Part shown: one piece after another, positions 53,267 through 64,000 of the stretch
Position numbering within the stretch: position 1 is the first letter of the stretch
Layout of the letters: each line of letters begins with the position of its first letter
Assembly (NCBI GenBank): GCA_012295275.1
Contig: CM022678.1
Coordinates: forward strand, 12,152,001 to 12,216,000
Source: Chrysomallon squamiferum
Lineage: Eukaryota > Animalia > Mollusca
Direction of reading: 5' to 3'
DNA length: 64,000 bases
Made by a program: the position numbers and the translations under genes
The notes under the pieces: generated by a model
What the model was told of the DNA's origin: nothing
The model's database searches: none
What the model saw: the letters and a program-made list of their open reading frames with translations, nothing else

Positions 53267-54963
53267 AATATATTATAATTATTATTATTACTGTTATTAT
53301 TATTATTGTTATTATTACTATCAGATGCTTCGCCAGCCTGTGCCACTGACTGTATTTACGCTAAGTGTAACAAGCCCACTGCGTGCAAGGTGATCAGAGA
53401 CCAGTACACACTGATGGACATCAATGAAATTATTAACGGCAAGGTAAACATCTAAACACGGATTATAGTGACAGAGAAACACAGGCTTATCCTAATACTA
53501 AATAGACTCATCTCTTGTTAATACTCTGTTAGTCTAATTAGCTTGATTAGTTTATTTGTTTTAATTCTAACTGTGCATTACTCTAAGCAGTAAAAAAAAC
53601 AAAAAATAAAGGATGAAGGCAAATAATCAAACAAGTAAAAAAACCCATTCAAAACGTATAACATAATGTAAGTAACTTTGCTTGGATAACAAAACTAAAC
53701 TGTCCTTGATCCAGAAACGGCTAAATATACATAGTATATATGGCTACCATTATAATAGTAAAAACTTTATATTAATTTACTTTTGAGAACTCTTTTATAT
53801 TTGGGGAACTATTTACTGGCTATCATAATTTTTGATATGTGTACCTATCTACCTATCTATCATATTTGTTTATTTATTTATCTGTCTATCTATCTATCTA
53901 TCTATCTACCTGTATAATCTTTGAAAGTAATGTCTGCAATGGTTAATTCTGGAGACTGTGTATGAAAGGAAAGTTAGAATGTTTTGTTATTTCAGGGAGA
54001 CTTTGTTGGAGTGATGCCGCTAGTTAACAAATATCTCGACTCAGTGGACATTGACGTGGATACTCGTTGTACCATCACACAGTACCTCCGACTCATCTCC
54101 AAACGAGCTTCAGGTAAATCATTTTACATCCAGGTAACAGTGTTTAATCACTGTGAGGAATATAGCTTGCTATTTAAACTTAACAAAATTATAATATGTA
54201 ATATTAGATAATTTTATTATTCAGATGAATTGATTTAATGAAAATTATTTTAGGATTCAGGTACAAAGTAAGATTATTAATTACAGGCAATTTTTGGTAT
54301 TGAGGTAACTTCATGTTAATCTCAGGTAAATTAATTTTTGTGTTGAGGAATTGATATGCAGAGTGATAATTCTTATGACATTTTAATATGTCAGTTCATA
54401 TTTCATTACTAAGTTTTATTATTATTGTTATCGCTAATGTTTATTTGTTTATTAGTATTGTTTACTGATTTATTTATTTGTACAGTTTGTTTATTAATTT
54501 GTGTTAACTGTTTATTTGTATTTACTAAATTATTTGTTTATATATTTATTTATCTAGTTATTTATTTATCTGTTTATTTATTTATTTATTAACATGTTTT
54601 TTTATGTTTATTTATTAATTTATTATGTATTTATTTATTTATATTAATTATTTATATATTTTTTTATTTATTTATATAATTTATTTTATTTATTTATTTA
54701 TGTAATTATTTACTTCAGGAGAACTGAAGACTACAGCTAGCTGGATGAGAGAGTTTATTCAGAGTCATCCTGACTACAAACAAGATTCTGTTGTTTCCGA
54801 GCGAATTGCGTACGACCTGCTCGTCAAATGTGAAAATCTCTCACATGGACGAATCACAGAACCTGATTTATTGTTTTTACCTGTAAACAAAAGTGCAGGG
54901 ACTTTGCCTACTGCTGTACTCAAAGCTCACCAGTACCTCGATTCAAAAAATCACAGGAAGTAA
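36346..54963 (+). CDS. GCLC: Glutamate--cysteine ligase catalytic subunit, 15 coding exons: 36346-36495, 38300-38409, 40290-40409, 41637-41702, 41970-42083, 42348-42406, 42929-43146, 49407-49523, 50390-50528, 51473-51585, 52014-52211, 52585-52666, 53325-53443, 53996-54113, 54719-54963 (1,968 nt, 655 aa)
   Basis: Hallmark motifs MGLLTEGTP.., [100 protein letters not shown]. All introns GT-AG with consistent phases and no internal stop. Confidence 0.97.
40547..41148. repeat. Inverted repeat in GCLC intron 3: ~135-bp arms (40547-40680 and 41013-41148), ~330-bp spacer
   Basis: ttattaacaaagtctagtaaaaagaacat...gatgactgaatcataaatattta is the reverse complement of taaatatttatgattcagtcatc...atgttctttttactagactttgttaataa, with a few mismatches. 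Confidence 0.9.
41745..41930. repeat. Two-copy tandem repeat (~90 bp) filling most of GCLC intron 4
   Basis: atgtgca(t/c)gaagagt...ttgaaaatgattttacatttataaacatcatt..gtttcta..aattgcttgaat twice. Confidence 0.8.
43158..43433. repeat. Minisatellite, 34-bp unit, ~8 copies
   Basis: Unit taaaacatcactgagcagagtgtcttcttttaca, starting about 11 nt after the exon 7 donor. Confidence 0.92.
44833..47163 (-). CDS. Secreted C1q-domain protein with Thr/Ser-rich mucin-like stalk and short collagen segment, nested in GCLC intron 7: exons 46164-47163, 45798-45905, 44833-45296 (~520 aa)
   Basis: Signal peptide [16 protein letters not shown]; Thr-rich region; [21 protein letters not shown] triplets across exons 2-3; gC1q motifs IIPFD..., [38 protein letters not shown]. 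Phase-1 GT-AG junctions. A non-coding upstream exon probably ends at 47658 (AAG|gtgagt). Start could be 47163 or 47151. Confidence 0.85.
48740..49400. repeat. Degenerate tandem repeat (~35-40 bp) running up to the GCLC exon 8 acceptor
   Basis: Recurring (t)gaggttaatctacacat...tgtgtttct core. Confidence 0.7.
49573..50188. repeat. Minisatellite, 36-bp unit, ~17 near-identical copies (GCLC intron 8)
   Basis: Unit gatagagagctagcagagatttagtatcaga(g/a)acaa; produces the spurious 177-aa repeat ORF on the minus strand. Confidence 0.97.
50557..50804. repeat. Minisatellite, 31-bp unit, ~8 copies (GCLC intron 9)
   Basis: Unit ttaatttggatctttggttatatcatttatg. Confidence 0.9.
51060..51131 (+). mobile_element. 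3' tail remnant of a SINE-like element
   Basis: tgtctgacacccaacggcc...tgtgctgggagtcattaagcaaacattgattcattca, ending in a (CATT)-type tail like molluscan SINE 3' ends as I recall them. Confidence 0.35.
51265..51480. repeat. ~66-bp tandem repeat whose unit contains the GCLC exon 10 acceptor
   Basis: AG acceptor-like sites end at 51274, 51340, 51405 and 51472, each followed by gt(g/a)t(a/t)gat. Confidence 0.88.
52700..53320. repeat. Degenerate (ATT)n trinucleotide array filling GCLC intron 12
   Basis: ~600 bp of ATT/ACT/GTT/ATC triplets. Confidence 0.92.
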
Positions 54964-55020
54964 AACATTTAGTTTATAAGAAAAAATATATATATTTTCT
55001 CACACTTTACACAGTTACAG

Positions 55021-55210
55021 ACAAATTTTTCACTTTTTCCAGCTGGAAAAAATATGTCTTGAAATAAAACCACACAACATTGGACTTTCTTAAATTGTTA
55101 AAAAAAAAAAAGTCTTAAAAACAAAAATCTTTCACTTTTACAGATTGGAAAAAAATACGACTTGAAATAAAAATGACACAACTTTAGACATTTTTAAATG
55201 GCTAAAAAAT
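55021..55210 (+). repeat. Two-copy ~103-bp repeat in the GCLC 3'UTR, each copy with AATAAA
   Basis: AATAAA at 55063-55068 and 55166-55171 within duplicated ...ttcacttt..cag.tggaaaaaa..cttgaaataaaa..acacaac.. units. Confidence 0.7.
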
Positions 55211-57593
55211 TGTCTGAAAAATTAGCATGGAAAACACTTTAAAAATTTATCAGGTGTCATTACATCCTTTTATTTTTCATTTATTATGCTTTAAAATTTT
55301 ATAACATATCCTCAAATATGGTTGTAAAAAGTAAAAGTTCATCACAAACTGTATAAGCAGAACATTTAATTAGCTAGATTACCATAGCAAGCTTTAATTT
55401 TTCAGTAGAAGAATGAGTGAGACAGAAATGAAACTGTCTCTCTGTTAGCTGGCTGGTTCTATTTAGATAAAACTGGGGAACAATTAGGGGCCAATCAGAC
55501 CCTGAAACACAAAAATGTTAAGTTTGTTACAAGAGGAGTATAAAAACTCTTTTATTTGCTACATTTTGTTTAAACAACAAAGTGAAACTCACAGTTTATT
55601 ACTATTCACGTAAACACTGATCCAGGTTTTGTTTGTCTTCTCCTGTTTCTGGACAGATGGAATGGTCTCATTCAGCTGAAGTAAACAGAATCCTACATTT
55701 GAGGGTCTTTTCTCTCAGTACTGAGTTGTTTCACTATCAGTCTGGATTCCATAGTTAAACAGAAACCATTCTGATTCACTGAAGAGAGTGCAGGCTATTT
55801 CAGTTTTGTAATAATTAACCAGACTGTATTTTTATATTATTTCATATTAGGTGGGTGTCATTTTCATTTCTGATGTGAGAGAGAAGGTCAGCAGTCATTT
55901 GTGGCTATTCTCTGTTGTTGTTTTTTTTTGGGGGGGGTTGCACTTTGTTGTAGATCATAAAGCATATTTCAGAGGTGTGTTATACATTGGTTGGAATGGG
56001 AAATGTCTTGGGGTAGCATTAAGATGACTTGATCCTAGGAGCTGTTTCACTGCAGTGTTCAAACCACCATGTTGTCAGCTGAGTCTGTGTTAGTATTTAA
56101 ACAGAGCAAAAATAATTATCACAATTTTCTTTTAAAAACAAAACAAGAAAAGTATGTAAAATGATGGCATAATTTCTGTTATTTCAAACTATAACTTCAG
56201 TGTGCTTATAAATATATGTATACATGTATGTTTGTGTGTGTGTGTGTGTGTGTTTAAAAAAAGAAAATATTTAATCAAATTTATCTGAATTTCACCATCC
56301 CATTCATCCTCTCATTCAAATTAATTAAATCATTACAAATGGTAAAAGCCATTGTTATTATTCAGCAAGAAAAGATTCTGTCATATAGTCATCGTATAAT
56401 TAATTTATTTATTTTGATATTGAGATAATTCAGTTAATGGCATTAATTTATTTTGATATTGAGATAATTCAGTTAATGGCATTAATTTATTTTATTCCAT
56501 ATAAGAATACTAGAAGTGTCAGTTTTATTTAAAATTATAATATATATTTGTTTATAATTTAGGATTTATTTTTATAATAATTTATAATAATTTTTTTCAA
56601 TACTTAGTAAGTTCAGAGGTGTTTTACAGTGTAAACTAACAAACTAAAATATAGAAGGACATTAACATATTAAAATAAATGTAAATAATATGACACATTA
56701 TTTAATCATGTTTAATTTATTGCTGATGTGTTACCTTTTTCTTTGGTGATTGTTCTTATTTTGTCCCCTCTTAGATGTTTAATAAGAAATAGGAAGATTT
56801 TATTTCTTCTGTGTTAATCAGAATTTTAAAAAAGTAGAGAAGTTGATTGAACTGTATATTTGTTGCTAATGTAGGTTAAAATAAAGCTAGGCTCAGGGTT
56901 ATGGTTTTGAACAGATTTAAGTTCAAACTTTTTACAAATTTGTAGAAGATACATTATTAACCAGATTAAAATTAAGTTCATTTTAATATTAGGGTCGAAT
57001 ATAATATTGCACGAACACAGATGACAATTTGTTTTAATTAAACATTATGTTGTTAGAAATACACATTATGAATATAAATTTGTAACACTTTATAAAATAA
57101 TTTATTTTACCTAGTCTTAGTTTATTTTTAGAAATATATTAATTTTTTTTTTTTTTTTTTTTTATTAAATAAGTAATATTTACTATTATTTTCAGTTTGT
57201 GACTTCATTACCTTGGTATTCTATGCCAGAAAATTAGAATTACTTTTGTTGTTGATTAAAAAAACCTGAATATTATTATGCTACTTATTCTAAAGCTAAA
57301 ATATTTTTTAAAAGGAGGTAAAAAGATAGTGATATATATAGCTAAATATGAAGAAATAATTCTATTAATTATTTTATTATCATTTCATATAATTCCAAAA
57401 AAATAAAAAAATTATTATTATTAGAAACTGGAATGCTGAGTTTCTTTTGTTACAGAGAGAAAAGGTAAACAGAAATTAATATTTCATGTTATCACACTTT
57501 TGATTTTAATTAAGTTCCATAGGGTTGTCTTAATTCCAGAATTTAAAAGTGTATAGTGTGAATATGTGTGTATTTGTGTGTGTTTGGGTGTCT

Positions 57594-57647
<54 letters not shown>

Positions 57648-58037
57648 ATGAAGATGTTCAAAAACATTTTTGACAATCAACATTTAGATCTCATTATATT
57701 ATAATGTCCGCATTAATAAAAAAAATTAAAAAAAAGACTGAAACACTTCTAAAACCTATAAGGTTACTTAAACCATACAAACAACAGAGATGGTATAAGT
57801 TATTGATATAAGATTGTATAAGTTAAATAAGCCTTTAAAGCTGTATAGTTCTGAATACTTTTTTAATATTGATTTGTAAATCTTCAAAACTATATGCGTA
57901 TAAAATAAAAACTAATTTTACATTTATGTGAAATAATTCTATAAGGATATATGAGCTAAATATGTTTTAAGGACATTTGAGCTATATAATTAATATATGC
58001 TTATTAAAATGTATAATTTTTCTACTTAGCTTTAAAG

Positions 58038-58077
<40 letters not shown>

Positions 58078-59260
58078 TGAATTGTTGGAAGGGTTGAGAA
58101 TTCAGTGTTCAGGTGTCAGCTTTAACTGTTCTGTGATCAAAGCAATTCATAACATTTCAAAATGATGATGAATATTTTAGGTTTATCAGTTTTGTTCGAA
58201 TATTTTTATTTATTTATACTGTATCATTTTCAGAATTTTCTTAGTTGTATTTCAACAAAAATAGTTCTGTTTTAGTTCATTTATTTTATTACTTTACTTT
58301 TTTTATTTTTTTTTTATTTCAATATAATTTGTTCTGTTGAAATTACTGCAATGAAGTTAAATAAAACAAAATGTATTTTAGTATGTTTTCATTATTTTAT
58401 TCTGTAATTTATTAATTTCATTAGACTTCTGGTTGTAAATTAATCTTCAAAAATTTTACATTATTATTTTTAATTTTTGTTCTGTCTTTCTTTATTATTT
58501 TTTTTAAAATTTTAACTGCATCAGTGTATGGGTATTCATCAACAAATATATCTTGAAAGCTGAAAATGATTGAATATTACTGGTACTGAAGAAACAGTGC
58601 AGTACAGCCTACCCAGAGTAACAAAGGTGTGAAGATATTTCATTTTCTAATTTTTAAATTATGTCAGAATGCAAATTGTACTGAAATAACAGCTGGATTA
58701 ATAACAATAAAAATATATTCATCTTTCATTTATTGTATTTTATTTTTGTTTTTTAATTTATTTAAAATATGTTTTATGTTTTGTTTATTTATTTATTATT
58801 TTATTTTTTTATTTTTTATTATTATTATTTTTTTTTATGGGACTTGTTAAACATGAATAAGACAGAATTTTTTTTGTCATTTACAAATATCTTGCATTCC
58901 TCAGAATAAATTCATTGATATTTGAATAATACAAAAATAATTTAGATATAAAACGTATTTTTGACTGATTAATGATTTATTAATATTTTACAGATTGTTA
59001 TTCTTTGAGACTAGTTTAATAAAGTTTTCTTTCAAAGCAACCCTAAAGTTTGTGTGATGTAAGAGAATTACAGTTATATTTAATTTATCAGTGATCTGTG
59101 CATTTTCAGGTATTAATTAATTTTTATGAATTATCTGTAAACTGACTTGTAATAGATAACAATTTTTCAATAATAAATGTTTGTGTTTTTTTTTTTTTTT
59201 TTTTAAATTTAAATAACAGCAAGGATTCTTCATAAACTAATTCTGCCAAAATTTACTTCC

Positions 59261-59305
<45 letters not shown>

Positions 59306-62300
59306 AATGAATATTTTACTTGGGGGAAAAATTATATTTGATTTATTTTTAAAAATAAATATTAAATACTATTATGAATTATTCTCCTTGTTTCGTTTTT
59401 GAAATTTTCTTATTGTCTCTTTGAATTATTAATTGATATGTAATATGATAATATCAATTTTCTCAGGAATCATCAATAAATAAAAATATATATATTAAAA
59501 TATAAACACAGAATTTGTTAATAAGACCAGCATACCTCAATAATATTAGTTACATGAAAATTGGATTTTTAAAATAATAGTTAATATTTCTTAGTATAAA
59601 AATTATTTCTTCTCTTCTTGTGTATACATGTTGCCCATTTTAAGTAGCCTTAAAGTTTACTGTAATACTATTGTATATTATTTTTACTTTTTTATCCCAA
59701 AAATAATATTTGATGCAATTTTATAGAAATATTAAAAAAGATAACCTCTACAATTATGAATATAAACAGATAATCCTTTTTATTAAACATTTCATTTGAA
59801 GTTGACAAATAAAAGATATATTATTATTATTATCATTATTATTACTTATTACTTTAAAGTTTGACCAATAATTATAAATAAAGTTAATTAATAGTTCAGT
59901 ATTTTGTTATTAGGATACGTTTTCAGTTTGGTAACATCTTATGTAACATGCCTTAAAATGTATAATTTGTAACAAATGTGCTTCTGTGCTTAAAGCAGCA
60001 ATATAAAAAATATAAAATAAGAGAACTGATAAAATGCAATTCATGGTTTATAGCGTATGCTGCATATTAATAATATATATTAAATACTTATAGGATATTT
60101 AATTAAATATAAGAATGTTAATAGTTTAAACTTCGCTCTGTGAAAATAGCTAAAGGAAAAGTATTTCCCCATAGACAACAGTAATGTTTGTTTCTAACTT
60201 CTTATATAACTGATTTTAATTATTATTTTTTTTATTAAAGTTAAAATAAGCATTAGTTTATTTACACTACATTTGGCCATTATTTTATTAAGAAAAAGGT
60301 TGTGTAATTTCAAGTTTATATATATTTAAAACACTGAGAGAGAAATATAAATGTTTGGTTTCTTTATTGGCCAAGGTGGTGTGAATTAGATCATGTAACA
60401 GAGTATCTTTTAAAACAAGGTATCTTACATTTTCACTTCTTTGTAGAGACAAATGTTAACATGAAGAGTGAACAACCTGTTACAAACTTGAATTATTTTC
60501 AGAATCATGAACATAATTCTTAGTTGTTGTTTTTTCAGTGAAAACAATTATTTTAATATGTCCTTTTCTTGTTAAAAACTTTCTATTATTTTTTGTTATA
60601 TTTAAATATGTATGCTTATTATTATTATTATTATTGAAAACAAAATATTTTTGTGTATTCTCACTATGCAAATTGCCATACAAAATGTTAACATTCTTTT
60701 GAATCATACTGTGAAGCTTTTAACTACAACAAACTCACAATACTCACATCCATTTCCATTCCACACAAACATTTCTTCACATACACTCACACACACAAAC
60801 ACAGAATAGAAAGACAAATATACACACATCCAAAGAACAGAAAGACAAAAATACCCCCCACACACACACACACTGGAATCATGTAAAACTGATAGTCTAA
60901 TGATTTATTTTCAAGTCTGTTTATTAATATACATAAGTGTTTGTTTCATGTTGTATAATAACTGGTTTTAAAAAATGTTTTAAACAGATCTATACATCCT
61001 CAAAATGATTTCACATTATCTGTTAAAGTTTTCATAGTTAAAATGTTTTGTTCTTTTTGTCTTATGTCGCAGGGCTCTTTTTTCTAGAAAATAAACATTT
61101 GTCATATTATTTTGAGTACTTGTTGTTTATTATACAAAATGATAAACAGAAAGAAAGTACAAAACTTTAATTTGCTAAATTTAGTTTAAATTGCAATAAT
61201 AAATATCATATAATACTGAAAAAAACAAAAAAAAAAAAACAACCAAGATGCAAGGTGGTAAATGAGTTTAAACGGTAAGAACAAGAACAAACAAAAATGG
61301 GTAGACTGAAGAAGGGGAAAAGGAGTCAGTAGTGAGAATTAAGACAAATATGGATGTTGTATTAAAGAATGGTACATGAAAAATATAACAGAAACTGGAG
61401 AATATCAGCAAAGAAGACAAAGCATAAGAAGAAACAAAACATAATTAATTATGTCCAAGAGAGAAGTGAAAAACAGTGACTAAACAGTAAGAAGACAGAA
61501 GAATAAAAACAGAGAAGAAATAGCAAGACTGAAGAATGTGAGAAAACAAATAAATTATATTAAAAAATATGGAAGTACTAGTCAAAATTAATTACATCAA
61601 AGACATATCAAGAAGAAACAAGAAAAGAGAAGAATAGGAAACAGGACAGAAGTCTCAGAAGAAAGCTGTAAATAGGAAAAGAAAACGAAACTTCTTTTAG
61701 TTATATATTTCAATTTCTTTTTTTTTCTTTTTTTTTTTTAAATTATTTACATATTTTTATTTCAAGAATATGCTCGATTCTTATATCCAGTATCAAATTT
61801 TTATCACTTTACCTACAATTATTTTTCACCTTAATATCCAAAGTTGTTTTTCACCTTTAACCGTAAACTGTTTGCCACGGTTCGCGGTAACCCGCGGCCA
61901 GTCCACTAATTTAGAAATAGTTGGGCAAACCACTGCGAGACAGTCTATTGTTTACATGTTACTAAAGGCAACACATAAATTCCTGCATCACGCTGGAACC
62001 TGTAATTTACTCTAGGGCAACGCGAGGTATATATATATTTACTGGATGTGGAATAACTGATAGTAAGTTCACTTTCTGATAATAATACCTGACTGTGGGT
62101 TAACACTTTTACTGTTCTGTAATCTATTAATATTTCTAATTTTAGATAATGTTTACCGGTTCTCAATAATGGGTCAGTGGGTGTATATTGGACAAAGGTT
62201 ATATCAATCGATAAGCGTATTATTACGACAGTTTTAATATTTGTACGAATCGGTCAGCATATTTATTATACGTTATAACTGATGTGTAACCTTTTATTGA

Positions 62301-62897
62301 TTATAAAATAACGTTATTACTGCACACACTCTCACACATACGTTATGTTATTTTATAAGTGTATAATTAATAAAACGATTCAGTGCAAATGACGTCTGAT
62401 GATATTGTGTGAGGCTGCTGGCAAGTGCGTCTGTGAATGTTTGTATTTTTGCATAACTGTACATGTTTGAACATACGGATAGTTAGCATTTTAAAATAAA
62501 ATTAACACTACATTAGTCTTGTTAGTTGAATCACGTTCAATAATACATTCTAGCTGTTTGTTTGTTTGTTTCTTTATTTATTTATTTACGAATTAACAGA
62601 AAAATAAATAAATTGATAATAGCATTATCATTATTTTAATAAATTATCAAAATAACAAAAATAAATAAATAAATAAAAATACTGATTTTAAGTTAAATAC
62701 TTGAATATATGTTTATGCTTATTGCTGTGGATATATTTGAATAGGTATTCCCCTCCCCCGCCTCTAATTAAACATGCTGAATTAACCATCTGATATTAAA
62801 CTGATATTAAACTATTTAGTGTGTTACGATATTATTATATAAATATACAAGTATAGGTCCTCCAGTGTAACAAACACACACACACACACACACACAC

Positions 62898-63012
<115 letters not shown>

Positions 63013-63264
63013 ATTATAGTCTTTCTCGGAAGAAAACAATTTTTTCATTTAATCTGCATTTTAATATTCCATTTTAATATTTGTAGATTATATATTTATT
63101 TATTTAGTGTTATTATTATTATTATTTACTTCTTTTTTCTTTCTTTTTCTTTCTTTCTTTTTTTTTTTTTTTTTTTTTTTTTTTGACAGTGAAATCGGAT
63201 TAAATATATTTTTTCAACGCTTTCTCTTATACTGTTTTGAAAATTATATTTTCACAGACTGGAT

Positions 63265-64000
63265 ATGCCACCGGTCCCGAGAGTCTCAATTTCCATTGGC
63301 ATCAGCGACGACGTTCAGCCAAAGTCGCTGATAGGAAAATTACGACACCATTACTACAACAAAGGCAAACCCAAGACAGCACGTGCCAAGCACTTCGCGC
63401 GAATTTTGTTTGTATTTGAAGCCATTACGCAGCTGTACACGTCACTGGTCTATTTGATTCCGTACGGTTACCGTGACTACGATCCATGGACGCAGTATTA
63501 TCTTAAAGTGTTTGTTTTCTATTTGTTTCTCATGGCCGTGGCTAACTGGCTCTGTGTCATGCTCTATGACACGTCAGTGAGAAAGACAAAGGACAGAGCG
63601 TATCTGACTAGCGGAGAATTCTGGGAGAATCCGCCGGACCATTTCGTCCCACGACTTGAGGCACAGAACGGCTACGTCCCAACAAATTACGATTCTGACG
63701 AAAAAGGACGGTTGCCGTGGAAATACTGTGACGTGTGTCAACTGCACGCGCCTCCACGTGCTCACCACTGCGACTTCTGCAAAGTCTGCATTCTCAAACG
63801 TGATCATCATTGCTTTTTCATTGGCAACTGCATCGGATTCAGAAACCAGCGTTACTTCGTCGTTTTGTCGCTCTACATGATCATCATCGGCTACTATGGC
63901 GGTTACCTCACTGGCGTTTACCTATCCGGAAACTACTGGGCAAACGCCAGGTGGTGGGATTTCTTATTTCCAGTGACTCTGTGGAAATGGGTTGTGGGAT
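63265..64000 (+). CDS. DHHC-type palmitoyltransferase (ZDHHC22/24-like), 5' part; runs off the right edge
   Basis: Frame open from ATG 63265 (just after acceptor ttttcacag) to the window end: MPPVPRVSISIG...two hydrophobic segments...WKYCDVCQLHAPPRAHHCDFCKVCILKRDHHCFFIGNCIGFRNQRYFVVLSLY. Absent from the ORF track because there is no stop in the window. Subfamily assignment is tentative. Confidence 0.93.
   Translation, partial: MPPVPRVSISIGISDDVQPKSLIGKLRHHYYNKGKPKTARAKHFARILFVFEAITQLYTSLVYLIPYGYRDYDPWTQYYLKVFVFYLFLMAVANWLCVMLYDTSVRKTKDRAYLTSGEFWENPPDHFVPRLEAQNGYVPTNYDSDEKGRLPWKYCDVCQLHAPPRAHHCDFCKVCILKRDHHCFFIGNCIGFRNQRYFVVLSLYMIIIGYYGGYLTGVYLSGNYWANARWWDFLFPVTLWKWVVG

Noticed and set aside
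52552-53393. Several poly-Ile/Leu/Asn ORFs, also at 1077, 8529, 34065 and the (CV)n/(HT)n/(ER)n ORFs
   Set aside because: Translations of simple-sequence repeats.
61200-61700. Strongly purine-skewed tract that looks like decayed coding sequence
   Set aside because: No ORF of 60 aa or more and no recognisable motif; cannot be assigned without a search.

Overview
Very AT-rich, microsatellite-rich animal genomic DNA with spliceosomal GT-AG introns. Gene content and repeat types suggest a lophotrochozoan, probably a gastropod mollusc (inference). Left to right: (1) the first four coding exons of a Scribble-like LRR/LAP gene on the minus strand, running off the left edge; (2) a ~5.75-kb head-to-tail tandem duplication (18965-24734 / 24735-30480) giving two intact copies of an intronless RING + beta-propeller (TRIM-like, no B-box) gene and a 5'-truncated, frameshifted copy of the neighbouring gene; (3) the intact parent of that fragment, an intronless secreted 592-aa protein with a CBM6/35-like module and a C-terminal domain whose motifs resemble a bacterial hypothetical-protein family (possible horizontal transfer); (4) a complete 15-exon glutamate-cysteine ligase catalytic subunit gene (GCLC, 655 aa) with an ARE-like element and TATA box, and minisatellites abutting many splice sites; (5) nested antisense in GCLC intron 7, a secreted mucin-like/collagen/C1q gene with two competing in-frame 5' splice sites on either side of a stop codon; (6) the start of a DHHC palmitoyltransferase at the right edge. 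Tigger/pogo-like MITEs and SINE remnants lie in introns. All exon models were built by hand from reading frame, splice sites and recalled homology; no database searches were run.
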